Shown here one piece after another: positions 48,077 to 59,369 of a DNA stretch of 64,000 nucleotides (within the stretch, counting starts at the first letter, position 1; every line of letters begins with the position of its first letter). Below the pieces are notes generated by a model. The model was not told where the DNA came from, did no database searches, and saw nothing but the letters and a program-made list of their open reading frames with translations. Source of the stretch: Diadema antillarum (lineage: Eukaryota); NCBI RefSeq assembly GCF_040938485.1, contig NW_027271939.1, positions 62,001 to 126,000 on the forward strand. The letters are read 5' to 3'. A program made the position numbers and the translations under genes.

Positions 48077-49059
48077 TGTGCGCACAGAACGGTCGTCGGG
48101 GACCAGACAATAGACGAGGGCGGGGTCGCCCCTCTGATCGTCCTGGTGGCCGTGGAGGACCCGGTGACAGCCACATTGAAGTTAATCTAGAACAGCGTGG
48201 AGGCGGACGACGAGATGGTGGTCGTAGGAATGAGGGATGTTTTTGAACAGGAGAACAGTTCTCAGATGGCCAAGGGAGACTAGGCGTAGAGGGAGGTGAA
48301 GGAGATGAGTTTGGAGGACAAGGTGGCTTCAGACGGAGAGGAGGTAAACCGTTCTTTGGACAGGGAGGAAGACGAGAGGGAGGTCGTCAAGGAGGACCAG
48401 AAGGGGATATGTCACCGATGCCTTTTGGTGGTGGTAGGAGATCTGATAGAGCCAATAAAACTGATGGTGACGAAAGTTTCCCTGGTCGTCACCAAGGAAG
48501 GCATCACTCAAGCCACCATCACCATCACCATCACCATCATCAACAACACCATGGAAGGCGTAATGAGAGTGAGGAATCTGAAGGAGATAACAACGGTACC
48601 AGTATCTTCTCATTCAGGTTCGGTCGCCATGGAAACCGCCGTCATCACCATGCAAAGTACAATGACAGCGAAGACTATGATGGGGAAGGAGACAACAATG
48701 ACACTCGCAATGAAAATGCACCATTTGGTAGACCATCTCGTCGTCGTCATCATCCCTGCAAACGTAATCGTACCGAAGATGAAAACGGCATCTCAGATCG
48801 ATGGGACCGTCGTGATCAATCTGGACGTGACGGTGGGCGACGTGGCGAAGGAGAAAGTGGTCATCCCTTCCAACGTCCAGGCAAGAGGGGTCGCCATGGT
48901 AACCGAGGTGCTAGTCCATTTGGTCGTCGAGGAGACTGGAAACCCGAAGGCGACGAGGTGGACATGTCCACCACTGACTCAACAACACAGCCCGGAGAGC
49001 GTGAAATTGATGAATTCGGAACTGACTTACCCGAAATCAATGAAGGGTTCATGCCATGA
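48077..49059 (+). pseudogene. Trf: Transformer gene F, exon 2 with premature stop
   Basis: Acceptor ttttacag ends at 48076. In-frame TGA at 48244-48246 where paralogs have CGA or CTA. The rest stays in frame to the normal TGA at 49057-49059. Confidence 0.88.
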
Positions 49060-51328
49060 AGAATTTGTAACTTTTTTTTTCTTGCTGTAATTGTTTTCAT
49101 GTAAATCTTCCCACTCTTTTCCATCAAAATCGTATCCAAGAAAGCAGGCTTGATTGGCTCTCACATTTATACAAATCTTGTTTCACGCCGTGATTTGCGG
49201 CTTGCATTTTCACGTACACTCACAAACAAAAAGCAAAGACAGAAATGAAAAAAATGTTTCTTTTCACCTTGAGTACAATGATTTTGCAAATATCTCGGTA
49301 GCTGATGAATACCTGTATATTTGTAAAATGTATATTAAATGTCATCATGTATAAAGAATCACATAGAGTGTAAATGCAAGTCATTTTCTAAGACGTTTTA
49401 TTATACCCTTGACATTAAGAGTGAAATAGAGGGAGACTGGAAGATGATAAAAAGTGTCATCGACAACTTGCGTACAATCATGTGTGTGGAAGGGAGAGAT
49501 GGACCGACTTCAAAACATGTTACGGCCAATTTATCAAGAGAAAGAGATGCGAAAAGTAGAGGAAGGCTTTTGAGAGTAGATATAGATAGGAAGATCTAAA
49601 CTGATGAAGACTAAGTGAGTGTGTGTGCGCGTGTGTGTGTTTGTGTGTGTGAATGTGTGCGTGCATATTTGTTTTTTTAAGGAAAAGTCTCGAAGATGCA
49701 TGTACTTTTGGGAAGCTTGAGTTTACTAAGACTAGGTTATTTCCAAAATTATTTTCAAATGTTCTACGTTGGAATGAAGACATGAACAACTGCAGGTCTA
49801 TCCACGTCAAAGAGTGACATAACCTTAGCACAAAACCTATAAGTGGGGCAAGAAATATCTGTAACTTGTTCCTCAAAATATGACAACCCTGATTTCTGAG
49901 ACTGTTACCGACAGTTTGCAATAAGAAACATCGCATTGATTTAATATCTGTGATGACAGGCTATTTTGCACTGAGTACAATAATGAACTTGTCGCTTTTT
50001 AACATAGACTGTCCAGTACTGTTAGTATAAATAATTTCGTTTAGAATACATGTCACCGTTGACCGCTTTTAGTCAATTCAATACTTCCTTTCCATGCAAC
50101 AAAGTGTTATACACAAAGCATAAATTAGTCTAATTAAATCGATTTCGCAAGATTTTATATTTACAAACAATAAAGTATATACAACGTAGATGTACGATGT
50201 AAAATGTACAATGACAAACAAAGCATACTTTGCAAAGATGACAAAGATGTTGATATATGGAAAAGATTGATCTATTGAAAAACGGAGCTTGTAAAACGTG
50301 AATCACTCGGTAAACAATATCTTAATACCACATTTATCCATTATCTATACAGCTGGAACATATTATGTTGAAATATATCATTACGTACATGATAATAGCA
50401 TATTGTAAAAAGTATTTTTATAATATATATGCAAATATATGCTTGTTTCAATAAGCATGTAAGAAAATGTACTGCATTCACCTCGACTATCGAGAAAAAT
50501 TTAAATACAGTGTACTGATCTTTTCAATGAAACGTTTGTGTTCCTTTGCAGCTAGATATATTTAAGTGAAAACAAGTCAACTATGCAATGTATTGATATA
50601 TCATATACATATATACTCACATAATATTCACGCATTTTATATTATTATGTGCATATATGAATGCATATCATAGTCTTGAATGATGCAATATGAAAGCGCT
50701 GTAAGTTTAAATTACTCTGGTGCTTCTTTTCTTTGTCTATTTCAATCATATTGCAAATTCTTAATTACGAGTACATACACACACAGACATACAAGCACCA
50801 ATAACATTTTTCAAAAAAAATTATTAATGTCTTCTTTTTTCTCCTCCCCGTGCTCTATCGAGGGCACATAAAGAAATAACAGCGAGCCGAAAAGCTTGGA
50901 AGTTTTGCAATAATTAATATTATGGCACAGTTTGAATTATGCAGTCTATTTTTTGCATGACTCCGAGACCCACTGATCACTAATGTCTTCTAAACTGGTA
51001 GCAACTATACGACAATTAAGTCATGATTATTTCAGATTGCGTTTTAAGAAATGTTGGCGACTTATTTCACCAACCAAATTATATTATATCAAATGTGGTT
51101 TTACGTTATTTTCTTGAGTATTAGGTAAAGACTATAGACAGGAGATGATTAAAAGATCTGAGTAAAACCAAAAGGTATGGGAACTTGAATTGCAGATTCA
51201 TTGTGACAGCTTGTATGGGAATAGAAGGTAATTGCTACTCGAGATACATTATATGACACGCAACTTGGAGCGACCGAATTAGGAAAGAATAGATTAACAA
51301 CAAAATTTCCCGTCATACCAAAAAGTCA

Positions 51329-51535
51329 TTAAAAATTGATACTGCGGAAGTCGGTAACGACCGCTTCAATATCCACTTCCTGCATGTCCTTGGTTGTGTT
51401 CAAACAACGGTACATGTTCTCATCGCCTGCATGTTGGTTTCTGGTCCCCTCAAACGGTTTACAGTTTTTACAGACTTTCGATTTTGCACGGACTTTAGGA
51501 TTTTTTTTTTTTTCAGTGCTGAAAGTGTTTGTCAT
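51329..51535 (-). other. Possible decayed hAT-transposase C-terminal fragment
   Basis: TFSTEKK...VRAK...CLNTTKDMQEVDIEAVVTDF loosely resembles the hAT dimerisation-domain end. No other support. Confidence 0.25.
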
Positions 51536-52135
51536 TGTTTTGATATCGAGTTCACATCATAAATAAATGACCTTGTTGGACTCCTAACCTCTTTTATGAG
51601 GAACTTAAAAGCAATATTATTTAAAGCATTTGATTATGATTAACAATTCATGATTTCTGGTGAATGACGATGTGGGACGTGGCATATGGTGCATGTTATG
51701 CGGCTCCAACACGCTCCCAGCCCCCAACCTGAACAGTGCACAAGTGGTTGAAAGCCTGGAAATTAACCCTTCGAACGTTTCTGACACTGAACTGCATGTG
51801 CAGAAGGGCAATTCCACAATAAAGTGGACATGACCATCAAATTTTCAAAATAGTCAAATCTCACTCATTTTGGTATCAAATGAAAGCTTAAGGACTGAAT
51901 TTATCATATCTGACCATCTTGTTAGAAAATTACATAATTAACTCAGCACGATTAAATTTGAGATAAATATCTGAAAAATGTAATGAAGTTAAATGGATGT
52001 AGCATGAGAAAATGAAAAAGGAGGTAAAAACTTTGCCTTTGTTTTCAGAGTTTTAGGATTGAACATCATTACAAATTCATCAAAGTGCAAGATTTTCTAT
52101 ACTTCAGCGAACATAGCAAATGCGATGATCAATAA

Positions 52136-54395
52136 TGTCACGGTGTTACAGTAAAAACTGATGTTTTTAGAATTGTTTGAAAATTACCAACACAAAAGGA
52201 ATTATTTTGATAGCCCAAATCATGACCACGTATAGCTACCATATACACATACTAAAATGATGGTAACTCATTTTGTTAATCAATTAAAGCTGATTAAAAT
52301 GTGTCACGGTGTTACAGTAAATTGTAACACCGTGACTGTAACACCGTGACTTGAATTGCAATAACACAGGACACATACCGGATTACCACTAACTAACTGT
52401 TGAAGTGACCATCTGATTTCTCTGTCACATTCACTCAAAAGATAGAGGTTTTTCAAGGATTGTTCATAACAAATGGGTCAAGCTTTATCCACAAAAATTA
52501 TCAATTGTACTTGTTGCCAGCATCATTCAATTCTAACCCTTTCTGTGCCAAAAATCTAGAACTGTGTTTACAATGCCGTGGGGTTTGATATACCAATCAA
52601 CACTCAGAGCACATGGAGGGTTAAAATGGAAGCAGTCCATTCACAGTGTGCCACCTACCAGATTTGTAACTAGAGCAAACATTTCTGAAGGTTTTGAACT
52701 TTTAATTAAGGCAACACTTTCAGTTTAGTTTATACCCTTTGTTTAATATTTTTATCATAATTAACCCTTTTATCACATGGTTTGACTCTTTTTTTTGTAG
52801 ACTCAAATAGCAGAAAAAAATTATTTTTTGTCCACAATGCTTTCTTTACTCTGCAAACTGCAATTATGGCTACACTGTTGACTATATATTTTCTAGCATT
52901 TCATATCCAAATGCCAAAGGTTCTGACAAAAAGGGGGCGGGAGACATATGTACAGTGTTGTATGCAACCATCAGAATTTTGTTCAATTTTATTTTTTCGA
53001 ATTGTAAAAAGTGCTCTGTCTTTCAAGAACAAGTTGATGTTGGATTCTGCCATAGGTTCCTTTTTTAAAAATCTTTTGAACAGCTGCTATATTCTAATGA
53101 TGAATGCCATGGACTTACAATTTGCATGAAAACTGATGTTAGTATTCAAAAGGTATCATATACTCGTCATTTGTCATGCTCTGTGCGTTAATCGCGCGTT
53201 TCAGTGTGTTCCTGTAACATGATAAACAGTCTGAAGTCTTGCTGCAGCTTCTCTGGTATCCTAAAGAATTACTTTGGGCATACTGAAGCTAGATCAATGT
53301 GTCCACCAAAAGTTAATCTCACTGGAATACTACTTTCCTGTGCAAGGTGCTGTGCGCAATCTTACAAGTTTCACCATAAAAAGAGCCACACTCACTGTGA
53401 TTTATGTGTATAAATGAGAATTTGCATTATAATCAGTTTTACATATGTTCATTTTCCAGTACATCTTAGAAAAAGAAGAACAATTGCGGTACATTTTGTA
53501 CCACACAAGTTGTTGTTTTTTTCATTGTTACTGAAATTGCTAAGTGCGTTCACCTGGCTTCGTGACCAAAGGTATTAAGATCAAAGTTTCAAATTTGTAT
53601 GTCATCTTTAAATATACAAATTGGACTTTTAAAGAGTAGTTGTAAACCCTAAAAGTTCACTCAGAAATATTTAACAAGCTTTCAATGACGATAGAGGGAA
53701 TTATGTCTCAAAACATAAAGTATATTTTACTGAAAGAGCAGAGTTTCTGACTGCAACGTGTACAATCGTATATGACATGTCACGGCGTTACAGTGCAATA
53801 TTTTTCTTTATTTTGTTGTTTTTGTTAATCTGTTATGATTTCAATCATGTTTTGTTTTATCTGGAAGTGTTATACTTTGATGTCAAACATTCATCATTCA
53901 TCATCATCTCATTCTGCCTAAAGGAGAAACACTATGAGTTGTAAGTAAGACAACAAGATTCTCCATAGGTTTTTTTACACACATTTCAGAGGTCACGGTG
54001 TTACAGTCACGGTGTAACGGTGCACTTATTTATAATCTATGTCATAATTTTCCTGTCAATTTATTCTTTAATCAAATTTTACTTTCTTATTATCATTGAT
54101 TCTCTAGTACATCCAACGAACAGATCCACTTATCAAAATGTTCATTAGTTTCATAGAGTTTGGTCAGTAAACAAAGTGCACAAAAACCCATGTCCATTTT
54201 GCGTCACGGTGTTACAGTGGTAATTAATTATCCATAACTCATTTACCCAAGCAATTTTTCTTTCTTTCTTTTCTTTTCAAAGTTGCTTATGATGATATGC
54301 ATAGATACACAATGAAAAATTGTTCTCAAGTGTTACATTTTGTTTGTTATTTACATTTGATGAGTGAAATTATACTCAAAAGTGTCACGGTGTTA
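52136..54395. repeat. Region with nine copies of the GTCACGGTGTTACA motif (probable DNA-transposon relic)
   Basis: Copies at ~52136, 52302, 52323 (rc), 52337 (rc), 53778, 53992, 54006, 54203 and 54383. Confidence 0.6.
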
Positions 54396-56089
54396 TCGTG
54401 GAATTGCGCTGAAAAAAAAATCCCCATTAGAACTTCCTGGATCAAAGTTTATGAGTATGTCATTGTGATTGGACCTATAGGGGATTTCACATGCTCGCCC
54501 ACTCTGTTTTTTGTTTTATTTACTTATCGCTATCAAGCCACATCATTCCTAGCTGGGGAACTGCTGCTTGTATACTTACAATCACGGTACAGTCCCCCGT
54601 GGAATGGTTTAATGATATCGGTTTGTCTCGATTGGTACGACAATCTATGCAAGTTTTGCTCTCTTCACAAGAAGTATTCACCAAGAGTTACCTCCTTTCC
54701 AAACGTGAACACTCATTTGCATCTTGTGGGTGGAGAATACGTGGAATCCGTTGACATCGTTTCTTATATACTAAAAAAAAAGAGAATTCAAACAAAAGAA
54801 TGATCTGTTTGTAAAGATCGCTTTTTTCTTTTCGGCTGGAGCAGCGATCACTTCCTGGTCTGATATAGTCCTGAAACGGCCATTCTACCTGGGATCAGGA
54901 TCACGTAAGTTATCCGACTATAGACTTTGATTCTATCTTAAGCGGGTTCCCTATATCACGACTGGCGCCACAATTGAAATCGTGGTCTTAATCGTGAAGC
55001 AATCGTGATGATCTTATCAGATCGTATAGGATTGTATCAGATCTTGAGGTCAATCGTGGCAATCGCGTTAATCGTATACATTTTTTTTTGACGGTTCAAA
55101 CATTTTCTACAATTAACCCGATTGACTTTTAATCTTGATCATCGCATCAGACCGTCTAGGATCGTATAAAAACGCAGCAAATTTCATCTAATCGTGATTC
55201 TTAATCGTGTTGATTATAATTTCATTAAATGAAGTTGTATTGTAGATTTTTCGATATTATCATACATTATGTTAATCATGTCATTATCAATATCTTATTA
55301 TTACCATTGTGCAGACACCCAAAACATGAGTAATTCCCCGTAATCAAAATGGGGTATCTTTTTAACGAAAACAAAAATTGAGCAAAAATGAAAAGGCAAT
55401 TATCATGTCTCCTCGTATTCACTCAACTCGAAGATTATACATATTTTGTATTCCGCGAGGTGGTAGCATCTTTAGATTATCATTTCTAAACGGTAAATTG
55501 TATGACTGTGTGGGCATTTTTTGCAAGGTACTTATGATTAATTTGTTTATAATTTCATAAAATGAAGTTGTATTATAGATTGTTCGATATTTTCCTACAC
55601 TTTGTTAATGATGTCATCAATAATATCTTATTATTACCATTGTGCAGACACCCATAACAGGAGTAATTCCCCGTCATCAAAATGGGGTATTTTTTTAACG
55701 AAAACAAAATTGAGAAAAATTAAACTGAAACTATATGTCTGCACGTATTGACTAACGTCAGTATAAAAATGAAAATGATTTCCTGAAACGTGCATGAGTG
55801 AGCACACATCAAAGGCAAATTGTCACTTTTTTAAAGTATACTAGAGTATATTTTGGGGTGGGGGTGGGAAGTTTTATGTTCCTGTGTATTGTACATAATG
55901 ATTAAGCGTTGTTGTTGTTTTATCATCCATCGTTTGACCCCTTCGCATCTATAATTGTGACATTTACATTTGTGTGTGTGTGTGTGTGGTTGGTTGAGCA
56001 CATAGGCGTACCCAGGATTTTTTAGAGGGGGGTGTTCAGTGGCGTACCGTGGGTCAAGATATGGGGGGGGGGGGCGCACCTCATGGAAG

Positions 56090-56214
56090 CAATATCAGAA
56101 TTGCATAAATGTACAATTAAATGCGAGCGAGCGGAGCGAGCGAGCTTGAAAATTTTGACATTTTACAGTCCCCAAACTGCCGTTTGTAGCTATATATGAT
56201 AATATATGTATATA

Positions 56215-56263
<49 letters not shown>

Positions 56264-57300
56264 CTTTGGAAATTAAGGGGGTTGCACCGGGTGCAACTGC
56301 TGGCAGTTGCTGGCAGTAACATCAGGAGAATGGCATAACGATTAAATGCGAGCGAGCGAAGCGAGCGAGCTTGAAAATTTTGACATTTTAAGTCCCCAAA
56401 CTGCCGTTTGCAGCTATATTTTTTCGCTCAAGAAATTAAAGGGAGGGGGCGCACCGGGCGCAACTGCTGGTAATTACTGACAGCAACATCAGGAGAATTG
56501 CATAACGATTAAATGCGAGCGAGCGAAGCGAGCGAGCTTGAAAATTGTGACATTTTACAGTCCCCAAACTGCCGTTTGTAGCTATATTTTTTCGCTTTAG
56601 AAATTAAGGGGAGGGGGCGCACCGGGCGCAACTGCTGGCAATTACTGACAGCAACATCAGGAGAATTGCATAACGATTAAATGCGAGCGAGCGAAGCGAG
56701 CGAGCTTGAAAATTGTGACATTTTACAGTCCCCAAACTGCCGTTTGTAGCTATATTTTTTCGCTTTGGAAATTAAGGGGGAGGGGGCGCACCGGGCGCAA
56801 CTGCTGGCAATTACTGACAACAACATCAGGAGAATTGCATAACGATTAAATGCGAGCGAGCGAAGCGAGCGAACTTGAAAATTTAGACATTTTACAGTCC
56901 CCAAACTGCCGTTTGTAGATATATTTTTTTCGCTTTGGAAATTAAGGGGGAGGGGGTGCACCGGGCGCAACTGCTGGCAATTACTGAGAGCAACATCAGG
57001 AGAATTGCATAACGATTAAATGCGAGCGAGCGGAGCGAGCGAGCTTGAAAATTATGACATTTTACAGTCCCCAAACTGCCGTTTGTAGCTATATTTTTTC
57101 GCTTTGGAAATTCGGGGGGGGGGGGGGGGGCGCACCGGGCGCAACTGCTGGCAATTACTGGCAGTAACATCAGGAGAATGGCATATAACGGTTAAATGCG
57201 AGCGAGCGAAGTGAGCCAGCTTGAAAATTTTGACATTTTACCGTCCAAAAACTGTCGTTTGTAGCTACATGTATACTTTTTTCGCATTGGAGGGAGGGGG
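56090..57300. repeat. ~168-bp minisatellite, 7 units
   Basis: (A/G)TTAAATGCGAGCGAGC recurs at 56116, 56341, 56508, 56676, 56845, 57015 and 57191, and the whole unit is repeated. Confidence 0.9.
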
Positions 57301-58229
57301 CACCCGGTGCCCCCCCCCCCCCCCTGGATCCGCCACTGGTAGTCAAGGGTGTCGGTTTATGTTCATGATTGGGGGAGGTATGACCAGCGAGGGGGCGTCG
57401 AAGTGACCAAGCGGGAGAAGGATGTCCAAAATCTGCACTTTATATAGAGCATCCCCTAATTTGTTTGTGTTTGTGAGTGTGTGTGTTTCATATGGATGGA
57501 AAAGTTAGGAAATAGCCAAGGTCAAGTCTTATTATTGGCAATGCAAGGCATTTTAATATAGACTAGTATGTAAAGCAACATTGCAAAATCACTGATCAAG
57601 CTTTGATAGCAAATGTGTACAACCTATCAAACATTGCGCAACATTGCAGCGACTCTTTTTGCCATTCCGATATTCTGAGTACACTGCGCACATCCTGCTT
57701 GTATTCAAAATGCCAACCAGGAATCACGCTGAATCACAATCTTTTGTCGTCTCCGGGCTTTTTGAACAATGTTATACCTCTTTAATTATATGGTTAAAAG
57801 AAATCTTAGAAAAATATCTTTTTTTCTTGATCATCCTTTCATGTCGATTTCAAAAGCAGTTTACTAACCCTTGAATTACCATTTTCGTAGGTTTTTTTCT
57901 TGTTTTTTCTTTTTTACCAGCGGATTGGGGGGGGGGGCACACGTGCCCCCCCCCCATGCCCCCGTAGTTACGCCACTGTTCCTAGACCTAGATATCTAGT
58001 GAATTTTAGGCGCAATAAAGTCATCCAACCACAATTTGTAGACTCACACTCAGTTATTTTTCAGTTTTAACTTCAGTCACTGAAAAAATTCATATCTACT
58101 ATTACTAAAGATTACGAAGTCCATGTGCTATTACTAATTACATTGAGTAGCAAGTAACTTGCTACTCCCAGAGCTTCCAGAGCTTGCTGCTTCCAGTAGG
58201 CTACTACACTGACTGTACTTCTTGGTAGT

Positions 58230-59369
58230 CAGTGGCGTATCTTAGGGAAAACGGCGCCCCTAATTTCTGAAAAAGTGTTCAACCGCAACCCCATCCCGGT
58301 AGGGACTTTAAAAAAGTCCTCATGATATGCTTTTTGAAGCACTTAAGAGGGGTCTTTTGAGGGTGATTTAAATGTAATAGGCAACCCTAAATTTTGATAT
58401 ATTTTGGCGAGCGAGCGCAGCAAGCGAGCCGAAAATTTTTATATTTCAGCTTTATACATAACATGGAATTCTTGTCATTTTTGGTTATTAAATCTTCGAA
58501 TTACAATTCTAATCATAGTGACGGCCTTATGGATAACGATTTATACCAACAGTGTCCAAAGCCATCCCGGCAGGGACTTTAAAAAAGTCCACATGATATG
58601 CTTTTTCATGCACTTAGAAGGGGTCTTTTGAGGGTGTTTTAAAAATGTAATAGATATTGAAGAATTTTGGCGAGCGAGTGCAGCGAGCGAGCCGAAAATT
58701 TTTGTATTTCAGCTTACAAAACATGGAATTCTTGTCATTTTTGGTTATTAAATCTTGGAATGACAATTCTAATCAAGATATAGTGACGGTCTTATAGATA
58801 ACGATTTATACCAACAGTGTTCAACCCCAATCCCATCCTGGTAGGGACTTAAAAAAAGTCCACTTGATATGCTTTTTCGAGCACTTAAAAGGTTTTTTTT
58901 TTTTTTGAGGGTGATATAAAATCTGATAAATTTTGATAAATTTTGGCGAGCGAGCCGACAATTTTTGTATTTCACCTTAAAAAACATGGAATTCTTGTCA
59001 TTTTTCGGTTATTAAATTTTACAATTCTAATCAAGATAAAGTGACGGCTTCATAGATAACGATTTATGCCAACAGACTTGGAAAAATACTCTAAATTACT
59101 ACGAGTGAGTGAGCCGAAATTTTTATATTTCCACGTCATCATTACGTTTTGTTCTTCTTATTTTTGGGGGGACAAATTTTGGCGAGCGGGCGCAGCGAGC
59201 GAGCCGAAAATTTTTATATTTCAGCGTTACAAAACATAGAATTCATGTTTTGTTTTTATCTTGTTTGATTTGGTTTTCTGCCTCCCCCCATTCTCCTTCT
59301 TCTTCTTTTTTTTTTCTGGTTTTTTTTTCACGTGCCCCCTTGCCCCCCCCCCCCCTAGATACGCCACTG
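58230..59369. mobile_element. Nested hAT-type MITE with ~270-bp internal tandem units
   Basis: Perfect 13-bp TIR CAGTGGCGTATCT / AGATACGCCACTG with an 8-bp TSD TTGGTAGT (58222-58229, 59370-59377). Confidence 0.85.

Larger units (their letters stand above)
34960..49790. repeat. Segmental duplication type II, copy 2 (E 3' flank through pseudogene F and its 3' flank)
   Basis: Homologous to the D-E spacer. Similarity to the E 3' flank ends near 49790 (ttggaatgaagacatg). Confidence 0.7.

Noticed and set aside
55216-55715. Two ~165-bp direct repeats 332 bp apart
   Set aside because: Real but low-information AT-rich local duplication inside a TE; no further structure seen.
56090-57300. Regularly spaced GCGAGCGAGCGAAGCGAGC repeats resembling a CRISPR array
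   Set aside because: The whole 168-bp unit is repeated with no unique spacers, there are no cas genes, and the context is eukaryotic.
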